Source: an uncultured Bacilli bacterium
GTDB lineage: Bacteria > Bacillota_I > Bacilli_A > RF39 > UBA660
NCBI GenBank assembly: GCA_944350445.1
Contig: CALVOW010000004.1
Location: 1,154-65,153 of the forward strand
DNA: 64,000 bases
Direction: 5' to 3'
The position numbers were made by a program, and so were the translations under genes. Positions 10,008 through 21,181 of this stretch are shown piece by piece (within the stretch, counting starts at the first letter, position 1; every line of letters begins with the position of its first letter). Below the pieces are notes generated by a model. That model saw only the letters and a program-made list of their open reading frames with translations. It searched no databases and was not told the DNA's origin.

Positions 10008-11153
10008 ATGAGATTAAAGAGTTTAAAATTAATAAATTTTCGAAATTATGAAGAAGCAACAATCGAATTCTCGCCAGGAATTAACATTTTAGTAGGGAAT
10101 AATGGAGCTGGAAAAACAAATATTTTAGAAGGAATATATGTACTTTCATTAACTAAATCTAATCGGTATGGAAAAGATGAAGATTTAATAAATATTAATG
10201 CCAATAATCTTAGTATTACTGGGGAAGTAGTATATGATGATTATATAAAAGAATATCAAGTTTTAATGGATAAATTTACGAAAAGAGTTTATATTAATCA
10301 TTTTCAAGTAAAAAAAATAGCTAATTATATATCAAATTTTTGTATTACTTCTTTTTTGCCAAATGATATTGAAATTATTAAAGGATCTCCTAGTATTAGA
10401 AGAAATCTTTTAAATATTCAAATTGGTCAACTTTATAATCATTATTTAAAATATGTAAATGAATATAACAGTCTTTTAAAAATTCGTAATGAATATCTTA
10501 AAAGGCTATATATTAATTCTTTTGCAGATTTTAAATATTTAGAGGTAATTAATCAAAAAATGTTAGATGTTAGTCTTAAAATATATTATTTTCGCTTTTT
10601 TTATCTTGAAAATATTAATAATATTTTACCTGGTATTTATCGAAAATTATCAGGCAAATCTTCTCTTAAAATTGAATATTTTAATAACATAGGTTTATCA
10701 TTTTATGATGAGGAGCAAATTAAAGAAACTCTAATTAGTAAATGGAAAAAAAATTTAAATAAAGAAATGCAACAAGGGATGACTTTAACGGGATTACATC
10801 GAGATGATTTAATTTTTTTAGTTGATGGAAAAGATGCGAGAACTTTTGCTTCTCAAGGTCAGCAAAGATTAATTGTTATAGCTTATAAAATTGCTGAGCT
10901 TTTGGTTTTTAAGAAAATTAAAGGTGAATATCCAGTTTTGCTTTTAGATGATGTATTTTCAGAGATTGATATAAAACGTCGAAATAATATTATTAAATAT
11001 TTAAAACAAGATATGCAAGTTATTATTACAACAACAGATCTTTTGGATATAAACGATGATTTAGTTAATAGTGCAAAAGTATTTTCAATAAAAAATGGAA
11101 AAATAACGAAAAAAGGTGGTGTAAAAAATGCAAGAAGAAAAAATAAAAACTAA
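10008..11153 (+). CDS. recF: DNA replication and repair protein RecF
   Basis: 381 aa with Walker [13 protein letters not shown], an SMC-like signature (SQGQQRL) and Walker B LLLDDV. It overlaps the gyrB start by 26 nt. Confidence 0.93.
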   Translation: MRLKSLKLINFRNYEEATIEFSPGINILVGNNGAGKTNILEGIYVLSLTKSNRYGKDEDLININANNLSITGEVVYDDYIKEYQVLMDKFTKRVYINHFQVKKIANYISNFCITSFLPNDIEIIKGSPSIRRNLLNIQIGQLYNHYLKYVNEYNSLLKIRNEYLKRLYINSFADFKYLEVINQKMLDVSLKIYYFRFFYLENINNILPGIYRKLSGKSSLKIEYFNNIGLSFYDEEQIKETLISKWKKNLNKEMQQGMTLTGLHRDDLIFLVDGKDARTFASQGQQRLIVIAYKIAELLVFKKIKGEYPVLLLDDVFSEIDIKRRNNIIKYLKQDMQVIITTTDLLDINDDLVNSAKVFSIKNGKITKKGGVKNARRKNKN

Positions 11154-13062
11154 TTATGATTCTTCTTCTATCCAAGTTTTAGAAGGATTAGAGGCTGTTC
11201 GTAAACGACCTGGTATGTATATTGGAACAACTGATGTTAAGGGGCTTCATCACTTAGTTTGGGAAATTGTTGATAACTCAATTGATGAGGCTTTAGCAGG
11301 TTATTGTCATAATATTGAAGTAATTATCAATAAAGATAATTCAATTACGGTTAAAGATGATGGTAGAGGAATACCAATTGACATTCATCCCAAAACTGGT
11401 ATATCAACAGTTGAAACGGTTTATACGGTTTTACATGCTGGTGGTAAATTTGGTGGTGGAGTATATAAAGTATCAGGTGGTCTTCATGGTGTTGGGGCTA
11501 GTGTTGTAAATGCTTTAAGTAAATGGGTTGAAGTTACCGTTTATAAAAATGGAAAAATAAATAAAGTTCGTTTTGAAGATGGTGGTCATATTAAAGAACA
11601 TCTTCATGAAGTAGGAGATTGTTCTTCTGATCGAACTGGAACAACTGTAACTTTTAAACCAGATCCAGATATTTTTGATACTGATATTTACGATTATGAA
11701 ACTTTAAAAACAAGAGTTAGGGAATTAGCTTTTTTAAATCGTGGTTTAGCAATTACAATTAGAGATGATAGAGATTTAGAAGATACTACTGGGGAAACTT
11801 TCATGTATGAAGGGGGAATTAGTGAATATGTCAGATTTATAAATCAAAATAAGACTCCACTTCATGAGGATATAATTCATTTAAGTGGAGAGAAAAATGG
11901 TGTCTTTTTTGAAGTTGCCATGCAATATAATACTTCTTATAATTCAAACATTTATTCGTTTGTTAATAACATTAATACTCATGATGGAGGAACGCATGAA
12001 GATGGAGTAAAAAGAGCTTTAACGAGAGTAATAAATAATTATTCAAGAAAGAATAATATTTTAAAAGAAAAGGATGAGAATTTAAAAGAAGATGATGTTC
12101 GAGAAGGACTTACGATGATTATTTCTTGTAAGCATCCAAACCCACAATTTGAAGGACAAACAAAAGGTCGCCTTGGAAATAGTGAAGTTAAAAATTTGGC
12201 TGATAGTGTTTTTGCTGAGGGTTTTGAAAGATTTTTAATGGAAAATCCAGATGAAGCAAGAACAATTATTAATAAAGCCATATTAGCAAGAAATGCAAGA
12301 ATGGCAGCGAAAAAGGCTCGGGAAGCAACTAGAAAAACCGATTTAACAACAACTAATTTCTTTGGAAAATTGTCAGATTGTAAAAGTAAAGATCCAAGTA
12401 TTTCGGAAATTTTTATTGTCGAGGGTGATAGTGCTGGTGGTTCTGCTAAAAAAGGAAGAGATTCCATGACCCAAGCAATTTTGCCACTTCGTGGAAAAAT
12501 TTTAAATGTTGAAAAAGCTCGTCTTGATAAGGCTCTTGGCAATGAAGAAATAAAAACGATTATAACAGCCCTTGGCACGGGAATAGGAGATTATTTTGAT
12601 TTATCCAAATTAAGATATGATAAAATTATTATCATGACTGATGCCGATGTTGATGGTTCGCATATTCGGGTTTTATTATTAACTTTGTTTTATCGCTTTT
12701 TCAAACCAATTGTGGAAGCTGGCCATGTTTATGCAGCTCAACCGCCACTTTTTAGAATCATGCATGGAAAAACGCGAAAATATGTTTTAAATGAAGAAGA
12801 ATTGGAAAGTTATTTAAAAAGTTTACCAGAAAATGTTCGTAATAAAGCGGAAATTGCCAGAATGAAAGGTCTTGGAGAAATGGATGATGATGAGTTAAAC
12901 GAAACAACTATGGATATTAATACGAGAGTTTTAAGAAAAATAACAGTTGATGATTGTGTGTCAGCTGATGCTATATTTGAAAAGCTTATGGGTGATGATG
13001 TTGATCCAAGAAGAAAGTTTATTGAAGAAAATGCTTGGAATGTCCAAAATTTAGATATTTAA
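11128..13062 (+). CDS. gyrB: DNA gyrase subunit B
   Basis: 644 aa with a GHKL ATPase N-terminus ([31 protein letters not shown]) and a Toprim domain ([27 protein letters not shown]). Confidence 0.97.
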   Translation: MQEEKIKTNYDSSSIQVLEGLEAVRKRPGMYIGTTDVKGLHHLVWEIVDNSIDEALAGYCHNIEVIINKDNSITVKDDGRGIPIDIHPKTGISTVETVYTVLHAGGKFGGGVYKVSGGLHGVGASVVNALSKWVEVTVYKNGKINKVRFEDGGHIKEHLHEVGDCSSDRTGTTVTFKPDPDIFDTDIYDYETLKTRVRELAFLNRGLAITIRDDRDLEDTTGETFMYEGGISEYVRFINQNKTPLHEDIIHLSGEKNGVFFEVAMQYNTSYNSNIYSFVNNINTHDGGTHEDGVKRALTRVINNYSRKNNILKEKDENLKEDDVREGLTMIISCKHPNPQFEGQTKGRLGNSEVKNLADSVFAEGFERFLMENPDEARTIINKAILARNARMAAKKAREATRKTDLTTTNFFGKLSDCKSKDPSISEIFIVEGDSAGGSAKKGRDSMTQAILPLRGKILNVEKARLDKALGNEEIKTIITALGTGIGDYFDLSKLRYDKIIIMTDADVDGSHIRVLLLTLFYRFFKPIVEAGHVYAAQPPLFRIMHGKTRKYVLNEEELESYLKSLPENVRNKAEIARMKGLGEMDDDELNETTMDINTRVLRKITVDDCVSADAIFEKLMGDDVDPRRKFIEENAWNVQNLDI

Positions 13063-13074
13063 GGTGGTGAGAAA

Positions 13075-15711
13075 ATGGAAAATGATAATAAAGATTTAGA
13101 AGAATTAGTCAAAAGAGCCGAAGAGGACTTGAAAGATGAAAATTTAAAGACTTCAGATACTACTGAAGCAGAAAGTTTAGAAAAATCATCGAAATTTCAA
13201 AATACACCAAGTGATTTTGGGGATTATTTTCATGAAAGAGATAGATTAGATCATAATAATATTGTTGATGAAGTTAAAACTTCTTTCCTTGAATATTCCA
13301 TGAGTGTTATTAAGTCACGCGCTTTACCAGATTTACGGGATGGTTTAAAACCCGTGCATCGGAGAATTTTATGGAGTATGTATGAATCAGGTTATACTCC
13401 AGATAAACCCCATCGAAAATGTGCAACGACTGTTGGTTATGTTATGGGACATTATCATCCACATGGAGATAGTAGTATTTATGAAGCAATGGTAAGACTG
13501 GCTCAGGATTTTAATCAACGTTATATGTTAGTAGATGGTCATGGTAATTTTGGTAACATTGAAGGTGATGGAGCTGCAGCTATGCGTTACACCGAATCAC
13601 GTTTATCCAAAATTTCTTTGGAACTTTTAAGGGATATTAACAAAGATACGGTTAATATGAGTGATAACTTTGATGTTACAATGAAGGAACCTGATGTTTT
13701 ACCATCAAGATTTCCAAATATTTTAGTTAATGGTTCAATGGGAATTGCTGTTGGTATGGCTACGAATATTCCTCCTCATAATTTAGGGGAAGTAATTGAT
13801 GGCTGTATTGCTTATATTGATAATCCTGATATTGATACCCTTGGTTTAATGCAATATATAAAAGGCCCTGATTTTCCAACTGGCGGAATCATTTTAGGTA
13901 ATTCGGGTATCAAAAAAGCTTATGAAACTGGTCGTGGTTCAATTACGATTCGTAGTAAGGCCGAAATAGAAGATAAAGGGTCTCATAGTAATATTATTAT
14001 TACGGAAGTTCCATATGGTGTAAATACAATGGAGCTTAAAAATAAAGTAGCCGAACTTGTCCACAATAAAGTAATTGAAGGAATATCTGATTATCATACA
14101 GATTTAAAAAATGGTATAAAAATAACAATTACTTTAAAAAGAGATGCTAATCCCCAAGTAGTTTTAAATAATTTATATAAGCATACGAATTTTCAATTAA
14201 ACTATGGAATTATTTTCTTAGTTTTAGATGGACAAACTCCAAAAACACTTGGAATTAAAGATATTATTGCTAAATATATAGAACATCAAAAAGAAGTAAT
14301 TATAAGAAGAACAAAATTTGATTTAAAAGAAGCAGAAGCAAGAGTTCATATTTTAGAAGGACAAAAAATTGCTTTGGATAATATTGATGCTGTTATTAAA
14401 ATAATTCGTTCGGCTCTAGATGATGATGAGGCCAAAGCTAATCTAATTTCTAATTTTGGTCTTACGGAAATTCAAGCTAATAATATTTTACAAATGCGTC
14501 TTCGTCGTTTAACTGGACTTGAACGTGATAAAGTGGAAACTGAATTAGCGGAATTACAAGTTAAAATAGCTGATTTTAAAGATATTTTAGCAAAACCTGC
14601 TAGAGTACTTGGAATTATTAAAGATGAAATGTTAGAAATTAAGAGAAAATATGGTGATGATCGTCGAACAAAAATTGATATGACAGCTATTGATTATATT
14701 GAAGATGAGTCTTTAATACCAGTTGAGAATACTTTGATTACTTTAACTAATAATGGCTATATAAAACGAATGTTAGTTTCAGAATATAAAACTCAAAATC
14801 GTGGGGGAGTTGGAATCAAAGGTATGTCTACTAATGAAGAAGATTTTGCTACGAAAATGCTCAATATGGAAACTCATGATTATATTTTATTTTTCAGTAA
14901 TAAAGGTAAAGTTTACCGCATGAAAGGATATGAAATTCCGGAATATTCAAGACAAAGTAAAGGAATACCAATTATTAATTTATTAGCTATTGAAAAAGAT
15001 GAAAAAATAAATTCTATTATTTCTCTAAGTACTAAGGAGACGGAGTCTAAATATTTAGTATTTATTACAAAAAATGGAGTTGTAAAACGTACATCTTTAG
15101 ATGAATTTGCTAATTTACGTAGTAGTGGTAAAATTGCTATTACTTTAAGAGAAGATGATGAATTAATTTCGGTTAAAAAGACAACTGGTGAAAATGAAAT
15201 TATTATTGGGGCCTCAAATGGTCGAATGGTAAGATTCGTTGAAAATGAAGTACGTGTAATGGGAAGAACGGCCTCAGGAGTTCGTGGTATTGACTTAGAT
15301 AATGCTATTGTAGTTGGTGGCGATGTTATTTGTGAAGGTCAAAAAGTTTTAGTTGTAACCGAAAAAGGTTATGGCAAAATGACTCCAATTGAAGAATATC
15401 GTTTAACTCGTCGTGGTAGCAAAGGTGTCAAAGCCTTAAATGTAACCGATAAAAATGGTAATTTAGTTACGTTGTGTGCGGTTAATGGCCAAGAAGATGT
15501 TATAATGATAACTAATCATGGTATGATTATTAGAATCTCTCTTGATCAAGTTTCAACTTTAAAACGTGCAACTCAAGGTGTAAGATTAATTAACTTAAAA
15601 GATAATCATAGTCTAGCAACAGTTGTAGTTTTAGAACCAGAGGAAGACAAAATAGAAAGTTCTGAAGATAGTCTTGAAGCAACAAATCAAAAAGAAAAAG
15701 ATACTGAATAA
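13075..15711 (+). CDS. gyrA: DNA gyrase subunit A
   Basis: 878 aa with [18 protein letters not shown], a QRDR-type [13 protein letters not shown], the active-site region AAAMRYTE and C-terminal beta-pinwheel repeats. It has an acidic ~60-aa N-terminal extension. Confidence 0.97.
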   Translation: MENDNKDLEELVKRAEEDLKDENLKTSDTTEAESLEKSSKFQNTPSDFGDYFHERDRLDHNNIVDEVKTSFLEYSMSVIKSRALPDLRDGLKPVHRRILWSMYESGYTPDKPHRKCATTVGYVMGHYHPHGDSSIYEAMVRLAQDFNQRYMLVDGHGNFGNIEGDGAAAMRYTESRLSKISLELLRDINKDTVNMSDNFDVTMKEPDVLPSRFPNILVNGSMGIAVGMATNIPPHNLGEVIDGCIAYIDNPDIDTLGLMQYIKGPDFPTGGIILGNSGIKKAYETGRGSITIRSKAEIEDKGSHSNIIITEVPYGVNTMELKNKVAELVHNKVIEGISDYHTDLKNGIKITITLKRDANPQVVLNNLYKHTNFQLNYGIIFLVLDGQTPKTLGIKDIIAKYIEHQKEVIIRRTKFDLKEAEARVHILEGQKIALDNIDAVIKIIRSALDDDEAKANLISNFGLTEIQANNILQMRLRRLTGLERDKVETELAELQVKIADFKDILAKPARVLGIIKDEMLEIKRKYGDDRRTKIDMTAIDYIEDESLIPVENTLITLTNNGYIKRMLVSEYKTQNRGGVGIKGMSTNEEDFATKMLNMETHDYILFFSNKGKVYRMKGYEIPEYSRQSKGIPIINLLAIEKDEKINSIISLSTKETESKYLVFITKNGVVKRTSLDEFANLRSSGKIAITLREDDELISVKKTTGENEIIIGASNGRMVRFVENEVRVMGRTASGVRGIDLDNAIVVGGDVICEGQKVLVVTEKGYGKMTPIEEYRLTRRGSKGVKALNVTDKNGNLVTLCAVNGQEDVIMITNHGMIIRISLDQVSTLKRATQGVRLINLKDNHSLATVVVLEPEEDKIESSEDSLEATNQKEKDTE

Positions 15712-15734
15712 ATCCCAATCAGTATCTTTTTTTT
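15700..15734 (+). terminator. Rho-independent terminator after gyrA
   Basis: GATACTGA / TCAGTATC 8-bp stem with an 11-nt loop, followed by T8. Confidence 0.7.
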
Positions 15735-16035
15735 ATCGTTTTAAAAGTTTTTTACGAAACGGTCTCTATTACATAGTGCACTATGTAATATAAATTAACA
15801 ATTTTATGTAACAAAATAATTGTATCATAAAATCAAGAAAAAAATGCAAAAAATTGCAAAAAAAATACCAATTTGACGTAAAGTTCGTTTGATTTATTCA
15901 TATTTTTATCAAAAAAATATGAATTTTTGGTAAAAATAAAAATAATATTTGATTGTTAAAATTAAGATAAAAAAGATAAAACTTTTATTTTCAAAAAACA
16001 CTTGCTCAAATAAATAAAATATAGTAGAATAATAT

Positions 16036-16110
16036 TCGTGCAATAAAAGAAATGGAACCAGGTCAGGATCGGAAGATAGCAGCCTTAACATAACTCTTTT
16101 ATGTGCACTT
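16036..16110 (+). ncRNA. ffs: Small (4.5S-like) signal recognition particle RNA
   Basis: ACCAGGTCAGGATCGGAAGATAGCAGCC matches the universally conserved SRP helix 8 / domain IV motif with a GGAA tetraloop. It is enclosed by the pairing arms GTGCAATAAAAGA / TCTTTTATGTGCAC and followed by a T-run. A TTGCTC-17 nt-TAGAAT promoter lies at 16002-16030. Confidence 0.82.
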
Positions 16111-16135
16111 TTTATTTATAAAGTGATGTGATAAA

Positions 16136-16609
16136 ATGAATAAAGATGAATATTATATGAATCTAGCTTTAAAAGAGGCAAATAAGGCTTTTAAACGTGA
16201 TGAAGTTCCTGTTGGAGTAATTATAGTATCTGATGATAAAATTGTTGCGAGAGGCTATAATATGCGTGAATTAAAGGGGGATATTACCAAGCATGCTGAA
16301 CTTATTGCTATAAAAAAAGCCAATAAGAAAATTCATGATTGGCGTTTAGAAAATTGTACTATGTATGTTACTTTATTTCCTTGTCCCATGTGTGCTAGTG
16401 CCATTGTCCAATCTAGAATAAAAAAAATAGTGATTGGAGCTAATACTAAAGATTTAACTAATAAGCAAATTGTTGATTTAATATTTACCGATTCATTAAA
16501 AAAGAGAAAATTAGAAATTGTTGAAAATGTTTTAGAAAAAGAATGTTCTTTAATTTTAAAAAGTTTCTTTAAACATCAAAGGGAAAAAGTAAATAAAAAA
16601 GAAAAATAA
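16136..16609 (+). CDS. tadA: tRNA-specific adenosine(34) deaminase
   Basis: 157 aa with the CDA zinc motifs HAELIAI and PCPMCASAI. The neighbourhood with SRP RNA and dnaX matches B. subtilis. Confidence 0.9.
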   Translation: MNKDEYYMNLALKEANKAFKRDEVPVGVIIVSDDKIVARGYNMRELKGDITKHAELIAIKKANKKIHDWRLENCTMYVTLFPCPMCASAIVQSRIKKIVIGANTKDLTNKQIVDLIFTDSLKKRKLEIVENVLEKECSLILKSFFKHQREKVNKKEK

Positions 16610-16675
16610 TTGCTTATTTTCTTTTTAAAATAAAGATTTTTATTATATAATAGTATTTAAGAAGGGTGGTGTTTT

Positions 16676-18376
16676 ATGGAGTATCTTGCCTTGTATAGAA
16701 AGTATAGACCTACAAAATTCAGTGATGTTGTTTCGCAAGAGAGTATTTTAAAAATTTTAACTAATTCAATTAAAGAAGGTAAAATATCGCATGCTTATTT
16801 ATTCTCAGGACCTCGAGGAACGGGAAAAACAACAATTGCTAAATTATTGGCTAAAACGGTTAACTGCCTAAATTTAAATGATGATTTAACAACTTGTGGA
16901 AAGTGTGAAAATTGTCTTGATATATTAAATAATAGTTCTGATATTATTGAAATAGATGCGGCTAGTAATAATGGTGTTGATGAAATAAGAGAACTTAAAA
17001 GTAAAATTAATTTAGTTCCTAGTAAATTAAAATATAAAGTTTATATCATTGATGAAGTTCATATGTTATCAATTAGTGCCTTTAATGCTTTACTAAAAAC
17101 CTTAGAGGAACCGCCTAGTCATGTTATTTTTATTTTGGCAACAACCGAATTTTATAAAGTTCCAGCAACTATTGTATCAAGATGTCAATGTTTATCATTT
17201 ACAAGAATTAAAACGAGTAGTATCGAAGCAAGATTAAAAGAAATTGCAAATCTTGAAAAAATTCCTATTACTGATGAAGCTATTCATGAAATAGCCGTTT
17301 ATTCTGATGGTGGTATGCGCGATGCCCTTGGTATGCTTGACAAACTATCTTCTTATTCCCTTGAAAAAATAACTTTAAACGACTTCTTATCTATCAATGG
17401 TTTAATTTCTAAAACAGATCTTGATGATTTTATTCAAAGTATTTTATCCAAGAACAATGAAGAAGTTATTCAAAAATTAAATCAATTTGATGAACTTGGT
17501 TATGATTTTTCTAAATTGATTGAAATGTTAATGAAAGAGACTCGCGATTTATTAGTAAATAATTATATATTAAAAACTGAAAAATATAATTCCTTAGATT
17601 TATCTAATTTAATAATTTGCTTAAATGAAACCTATAATATGTTAAAAGAAGCAGCTAATCGAAGAATTATTTTTGAAGTTAAATTATTAAGTTTTATGAA
17701 TACCTCTAAAAATACTATAATACCTAAAACAGTTGCTAAAAATGCAGAAGTAGAACCACTTCCAACCGATAAGGAAAAACTTAAAAATATTTCCCAGGAA
17801 ATACCTAAAAAGGAAGAATTTGCATTACCAACACAAAAAACGCCAGGAAATAAAAATAACTGTGAAAAAAAATATCAAATTGATGAACGTATAAAACGTC
17901 AAAGAATTAATAATACATTTGCCTTAGCAAGTAAACTTTTAAAAAATATTGTTTTAACTAACTGGAAAAATTTAAATAATTACTTAACTGATTTAAAATA
18001 CGGTGAAGTAGCTGGTTTATTAAAAGATTGCGAAGTTGGAGTTGTAAGTAATACAAATATGATATTAGTATCAAAATATGAATCAGTTATTGAAAAAGTT
18101 TATGAAAATTATACAATTGTTTTAGAACTTTTGAAAAAAATTCAAGATAATGACTATGTTATTGTGTTATTAAATGAAACAGATTTTCAAAACGAAGTTT
18201 TAAATTATAAAGAACATATGCATGATAAAAATTATTATACTTATCAGGCTGAGGAAAAACCTTTTATTACTTATTTATCCCTTGAAAATCAACCTGATTT
18301 ATGTTATGGTAATTTAGTACAAAAAGCAATAGATGTATTCGGTAAGGAATACGTTCAAATAGAAGAGGAGAGATGA
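16676..18376 (+). CDS. dnaX: DNA polymerase III subunit gamma/tau
   Basis: 566 aa with Walker A GPRGTGKTT, a zinc module CGKCENC, DEVHML and an SRC motif (VSRCQ). Confidence 0.93.
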   Translation: MEYLALYRKYRPTKFSDVVSQESILKILTNSIKEGKISHAYLFSGPRGTGKTTIAKLLAKTVNCLNLNDDLTTCGKCENCLDILNNSSDIIEIDAASNNGVDEIRELKSKINLVPSKLKYKVYIIDEVHMLSISAFNALLKTLEEPPSHVIFILATTEFYKVPATIVSRCQCLSFTRIKTSSIEARLKEIANLEKIPITDEAIHEIAVYSDGGMRDALGMLDKLSSYSLEKITLNDFLSINGLISKTDLDDFIQSILSKNNEEVIQKLNQFDELGYDFSKLIEMLMKETRDLLVNNYILKTEKYNSLDLSNLIICLNETYNMLKEAANRRIIFEVKLLSFMNTSKNTIIPKTVAKNAEVEPLPTDKEKLKNISQEIPKKEEFALPTQKTPGNKNNCEKKYQIDERIKRQRINNTFALASKLLKNIVLTNWKNLNNYLTDLKYGEVAGLLKDCEVGVVSNTNMILVSKYESVIEKVYENYTIVLELLKKIQDNDYVIVLLNETDFQNEVLNYKEHMHDKNYYTYQAEEKPFITYLSLENQPDLCYGNLVQKAIDVFGKEYVQIEEER

Positions 18377-18678
18377 ATATGAATATACAAGCCCTTATGA
18401 AACAGGCACAAAGCTTACAAAAAGATATGATGAAAACGAAAGAAGAAATTGATGCGATGGAGTTTACAGCCACATCTTCTTTTGTTGAAGTTAAAGTAAA
18501 TGGTAAAAAAGAAATTTTAAAAGTAACAATTAAACCAGATAGTGATTTTTCAATTAGTGACATTGATATTTTAGAAGAAATGATTCAAGTTGCTGTTAAT
18601 GATGCTTTAAAACAAGTAGATAAAATTACAGAACAAAAAATGGGCAAATATGCCAATGCTATGCCTGGTATGTTTTAA
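18373..18678 (+). CDS. ybaB: Nucleoid-associated protein YbaB/EbfC
   Basis: 101 aa with N-terminus NIQALMKQAQSLQKDM, typical of the family, lying between dnaX and recR. The start may instead be the ATG at 18379, which is better spaced from GAGGAG. Confidence 0.9.
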   Translation: MNMNIQALMKQAQSLQKDMMKTKEEIDAMEFTATSSFVEVKVNGKKEILKVTIKPDSDFSISDIDILEEMIQVAVNDALKQVDKITEQKMGKYANAMPGMF

Positions 18679-18680
18679 AG

Positions 18681-19277
18681 ATGTATCCTAAAAGTATTAA
18701 TAATTTAATTGAAGCTTTTAAATATTTTCCAGGCGTTGGCGAAAAAACAGCTGAAAGAATGGCTTTTAACGTTTTAAATATGGATTTAGTACAAAGTGAT
18801 TTTTTAGCCGATAGTATAAAAAACGTTAAAAAAAATATTAAAAAATGTGAAATTTGTGGAAATATAACGGAAGATAAAGTTTGTTACATTTGTAAAGATA
18901 CAACAAGAAATTCAGATTATTTATGTGTTGTTGAAGATTCTAAGGCAATTATTTCGATTGAAAAATTAGGAATTTATCATGGTTATTATCATGTTTTAAA
19001 TGGCTTAATTTCAACCCTTGATGGAGTAAATCCAGAAGATATTCGTTTAGATAAATTAATAGAGAGAATTCAAAATGGCAAAATAAAAGAAGTAATTCTT
19101 GCTGTAAAACCTTGTTTAGAAGGAGAAATGACTTCTTTATATATTAATAATGTTTTAGCAGATACTAATATCTTAGTATCTCGTTTAGCATCAGGTATTC
19201 CCATGGGGGCAGATATGGAATATATAGATGCAATTACCCTTGAAAAAGCCTTTGATAATCGTAAAAAAATATCATAA
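18681..19277 (+). CDS. recR: Recombination protein RecR
   Basis: 198 aa with an HhH N-terminus (FPGVGEKTAERMAF), a C4 zinc finger (CEICGN...CYIC) and a Toprim domain. Confidence 0.95.
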   Translation: MYPKSINNLIEAFKYFPGVGEKTAERMAFNVLNMDLVQSDFLADSIKNVKKNIKKCEICGNITEDKVCYICKDTTRNSDYLCVVEDSKAIISIEKLGIYHGYYHVLNGLISTLDGVNPEDIRLDKLIERIQNGKIKEVILAVKPCLEGEMTSLYINNVLADTNILVSRLASGIPMGADMEYIDAITLEKAFDNRKKIS

Positions 19278-19318
19278 TATCCATTTTCTTTTTCATAAAA
19301 TTTTATGGAGGAGTTTAA

Positions 19319-19504
19319 ATGCATATTATTTTAAAATATTTAAAAAGATTTATTTTAGGCGGTTTTCTTTTATATGCTTATAATTTAATAGCAGTTACTT
19401 TTAATATTACAGTACCAATTAATTTCTATACCATTTTAATAACTGGACTTTTAGATATTCCTGGACTTGCTTCCTTAGTTATTTTAAAATTAATAGGATT
19501 GTAG
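19319..19504 (+). CDS. bofA: BofA-family (pro-sigma-K processing inhibitor-like) small membrane protein
   Basis: 61 aa. NITVPINFYTILITGLLDIPGLASLVILK aligns with the B. subtilis BofA C-terminus (GIHVPINLVTTAISGILGIPGIAALVVIK). It occupies the same position after recR. Confidence 0.75.
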   Translation: MHIILKYLKRFILGGFLLYAYNLIAVTFNITVPINFYTILITGLLDIPGLASLVILKLIGL

Positions 19505-19511
19505 GTGAATT

Positions 19512-20384
19512 ATGTTAGATGATTATAAAGACAATAAATTCTATAATTATTTTAAAAATTTAAAAAATTATTATCATGCTTACTTATTTGAAGTTGATAA
19601 TTTAGAATTAAATTTACCATTTATTCTTGCATTTTCGAAAATGCTTATTTGTAAAAATCATTATACTAATAAAGAAAAATGTGAATCTTGTAATATTTGC
19701 CATTTAATAGATAAAAACTATTATGAAGATTTAAAAATAATTGAACCAGATGGTATAAGTATCAAAAAAGAACAAATCTTAAATCTGCAAAAAGAATTAA
19801 GTTTAAAATCATCTAACAATACCAATCAAGTTTATATTATAGAATATGCTGATAAATTAAATCTTAGTGCGGCTAATTCATTGTTAAAATTTATTGAAGA
19901 ACCAATGGAAGGAATAATTGGTATTTTAATTACAACGGATATAAAACAAATTTTACCAACTATTATATCTAGATGTTCTGTATTTTCATTAAAAAGTTCG
20001 AAAAATTTGCAATATAATAACTTAGAAATTCAAGATATGTCGAAGTTTTTAAGTTTAATTATAACCAAAAAAGAAAATAGTCTTCCGTATTTAAAAAAAG
20101 AATATTTAAATAAATATTTGACTAAAAAAGATATTCTAAAAACCTTTAATATTATGGAAAATATTTTTGATTGTTTAATTAATCAAAAATTTTCAATAAG
20201 TAATGACAATTTATATTTTTATGATATAATAGACGAATCTTTAAAAGAATTATTATTAAATGACTTATTATTTTATTTAGAAAAAATAATTGAATTTAAA
20301 AATAAATTAATAAATGTTTCCAATTTAAATATAAACTTATTTATGGATCGATTTATAATAGAAATATCTAGGGTGATGTTATGA
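19512..20384 (+). CDS. holB: DNA polymerase III delta-prime subunit
   Basis: 290 aa, clamp-loader-like, with a degenerate P-loop, a Cys cluster CESCNICH and an SRC motif (ISRCSVF). Synteny places it before yaaT. Confidence 0.75.
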   Translation: MLDDYKDNKFYNYFKNLKNYYHAYLFEVDNLELNLPFILAFSKMLICKNHYTNKEKCESCNICHLIDKNYYEDLKIIEPDGISIKKEQILNLQKELSLKSSNNTNQVYIIEYADKLNLSAANSLLKFIEEPMEGIIGILITTDIKQILPTIISRCSVFSLKSSKNLQYNNLEIQDMSKFLSLIITKKENSLPYLKKEYLNKYLTKKDILKTFNIMENIFDCLINQKFSISNDNLYFYDIIDESLKELLLNDLLFYLEKIIEFKNKLINVSNLNINLFMDRFIIEISRVML

Positions 20385-21181
20385 TAAAAGTTGCAGGTAT
20401 ACGTTTTTTTGATAAAGGAAGAATGTATTATTTTAATAAAAATAACTTAAATTTAAAAGAATCACAGGAAGTAATTGTTGAAACAGAAAGAGGATTACAA
20501 TATGGTTTTGTTTATAAAAGTGATAAAGAACTTCAAGAAAAAGATTTAATTACGCCCTTAAAAAATGTAATTAGAATTGCAACCGAAAGAGATAAACAAA
20601 TTTATAAAAAGAATTTAAAAGATAGTTCTTATGCTTTAATTAAAGCAAGAAATATAGCCAAAGAATTAAATCTTAATATGAATATTATGGATGCTAGTTA
20701 TACTTTTGATAGAAAACAATTACTGTTTAATTTTACAGCCGATGATAGAATTGATTTTCGAAATTTAGCTAAGAGATTAGCTAGTATTTATAAAACGAGA
20801 ATTGAGCTTCGACAAATAGGTATTCGTGATAAAGCCAGAGAAGTGGGGGGACTTGGTCCTTGTGGAAGGTTTTTATGCTGTAATTCTTTTTTAACTGATT
20901 TAAATAGTGTTACTATTAATATGGCCAAAAATCAAATGTTAGCTTTAAATCCTACTAAAATAAATGGTGTTTGCGGAAGGCTTCTTTGTTGTCTTGCCTA
21001 TGAAGATGATAATTATACTTATTATAAAAAAGATTTACCTACTGTTGGGGAGGAGTATATTTATAAAGATAAACCATATAAAGTAGTAGAAGTAGATATT
21101 TTAAATCGCAAAATTAAAATTGAAAATCCGGAACGTAATATTCTTGAAGAGGTTTTTATAGATTATGGAAGTTTTGAATGA
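20381..21181 (+). CDS. ricT: PSP1-domain protein (YaaT/RicT family)
   Basis: 266 aa with a PSP1 C-terminal pattern (IELRQIGIRDKAREVGGLGPCGRFLCC...GVCGRLLCCL). It overlaps holB by 4 nt. Confidence 0.85.
   Translation: MIKVAGIRFFDKGRMYYFNKNNLNLKESQEVIVETERGLQYGFVYKSDKELQEKDLITPLKNVIRIATERDKQIYKKNLKDSSYALIKARNIAKELNLNMNIMDASYTFDRKQLLFNFTADDRIDFRNLAKRLASIYKTRIELRQIGIRDKAREVGGLGPCGRFLCCNSFLTDLNSVTINMAKNQMLALNPTKINGVCGRLLCCLAYEDDNYTYYKKDLPTVGEEYIYKDKPYKVVEVDILNRKIKIENPERNILEEVFIDYGSFE

Noticed and set aside
12039-12578. 179-aa antisense ORF inside gyrB. Similar antisense or alternative-frame ORFs occur at 18267-18563, 19070-19324, 27965-28327, 29545-29751, 35318-35536, 38343-39204, 44156-44395, 49517-49708, 52610-52840, 55183-55467, 59603-59968 and 63358-63558.
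   Set aside because: These are shadow ORFs inside well-supported conserved genes. They have biased, low-complexity translations and no RBS.
15909-16091. 60-aa minus-strand ORF.
   Set aside because: It overlaps the SRP RNA and its promoter, and its translation is AT-rich nonsense.
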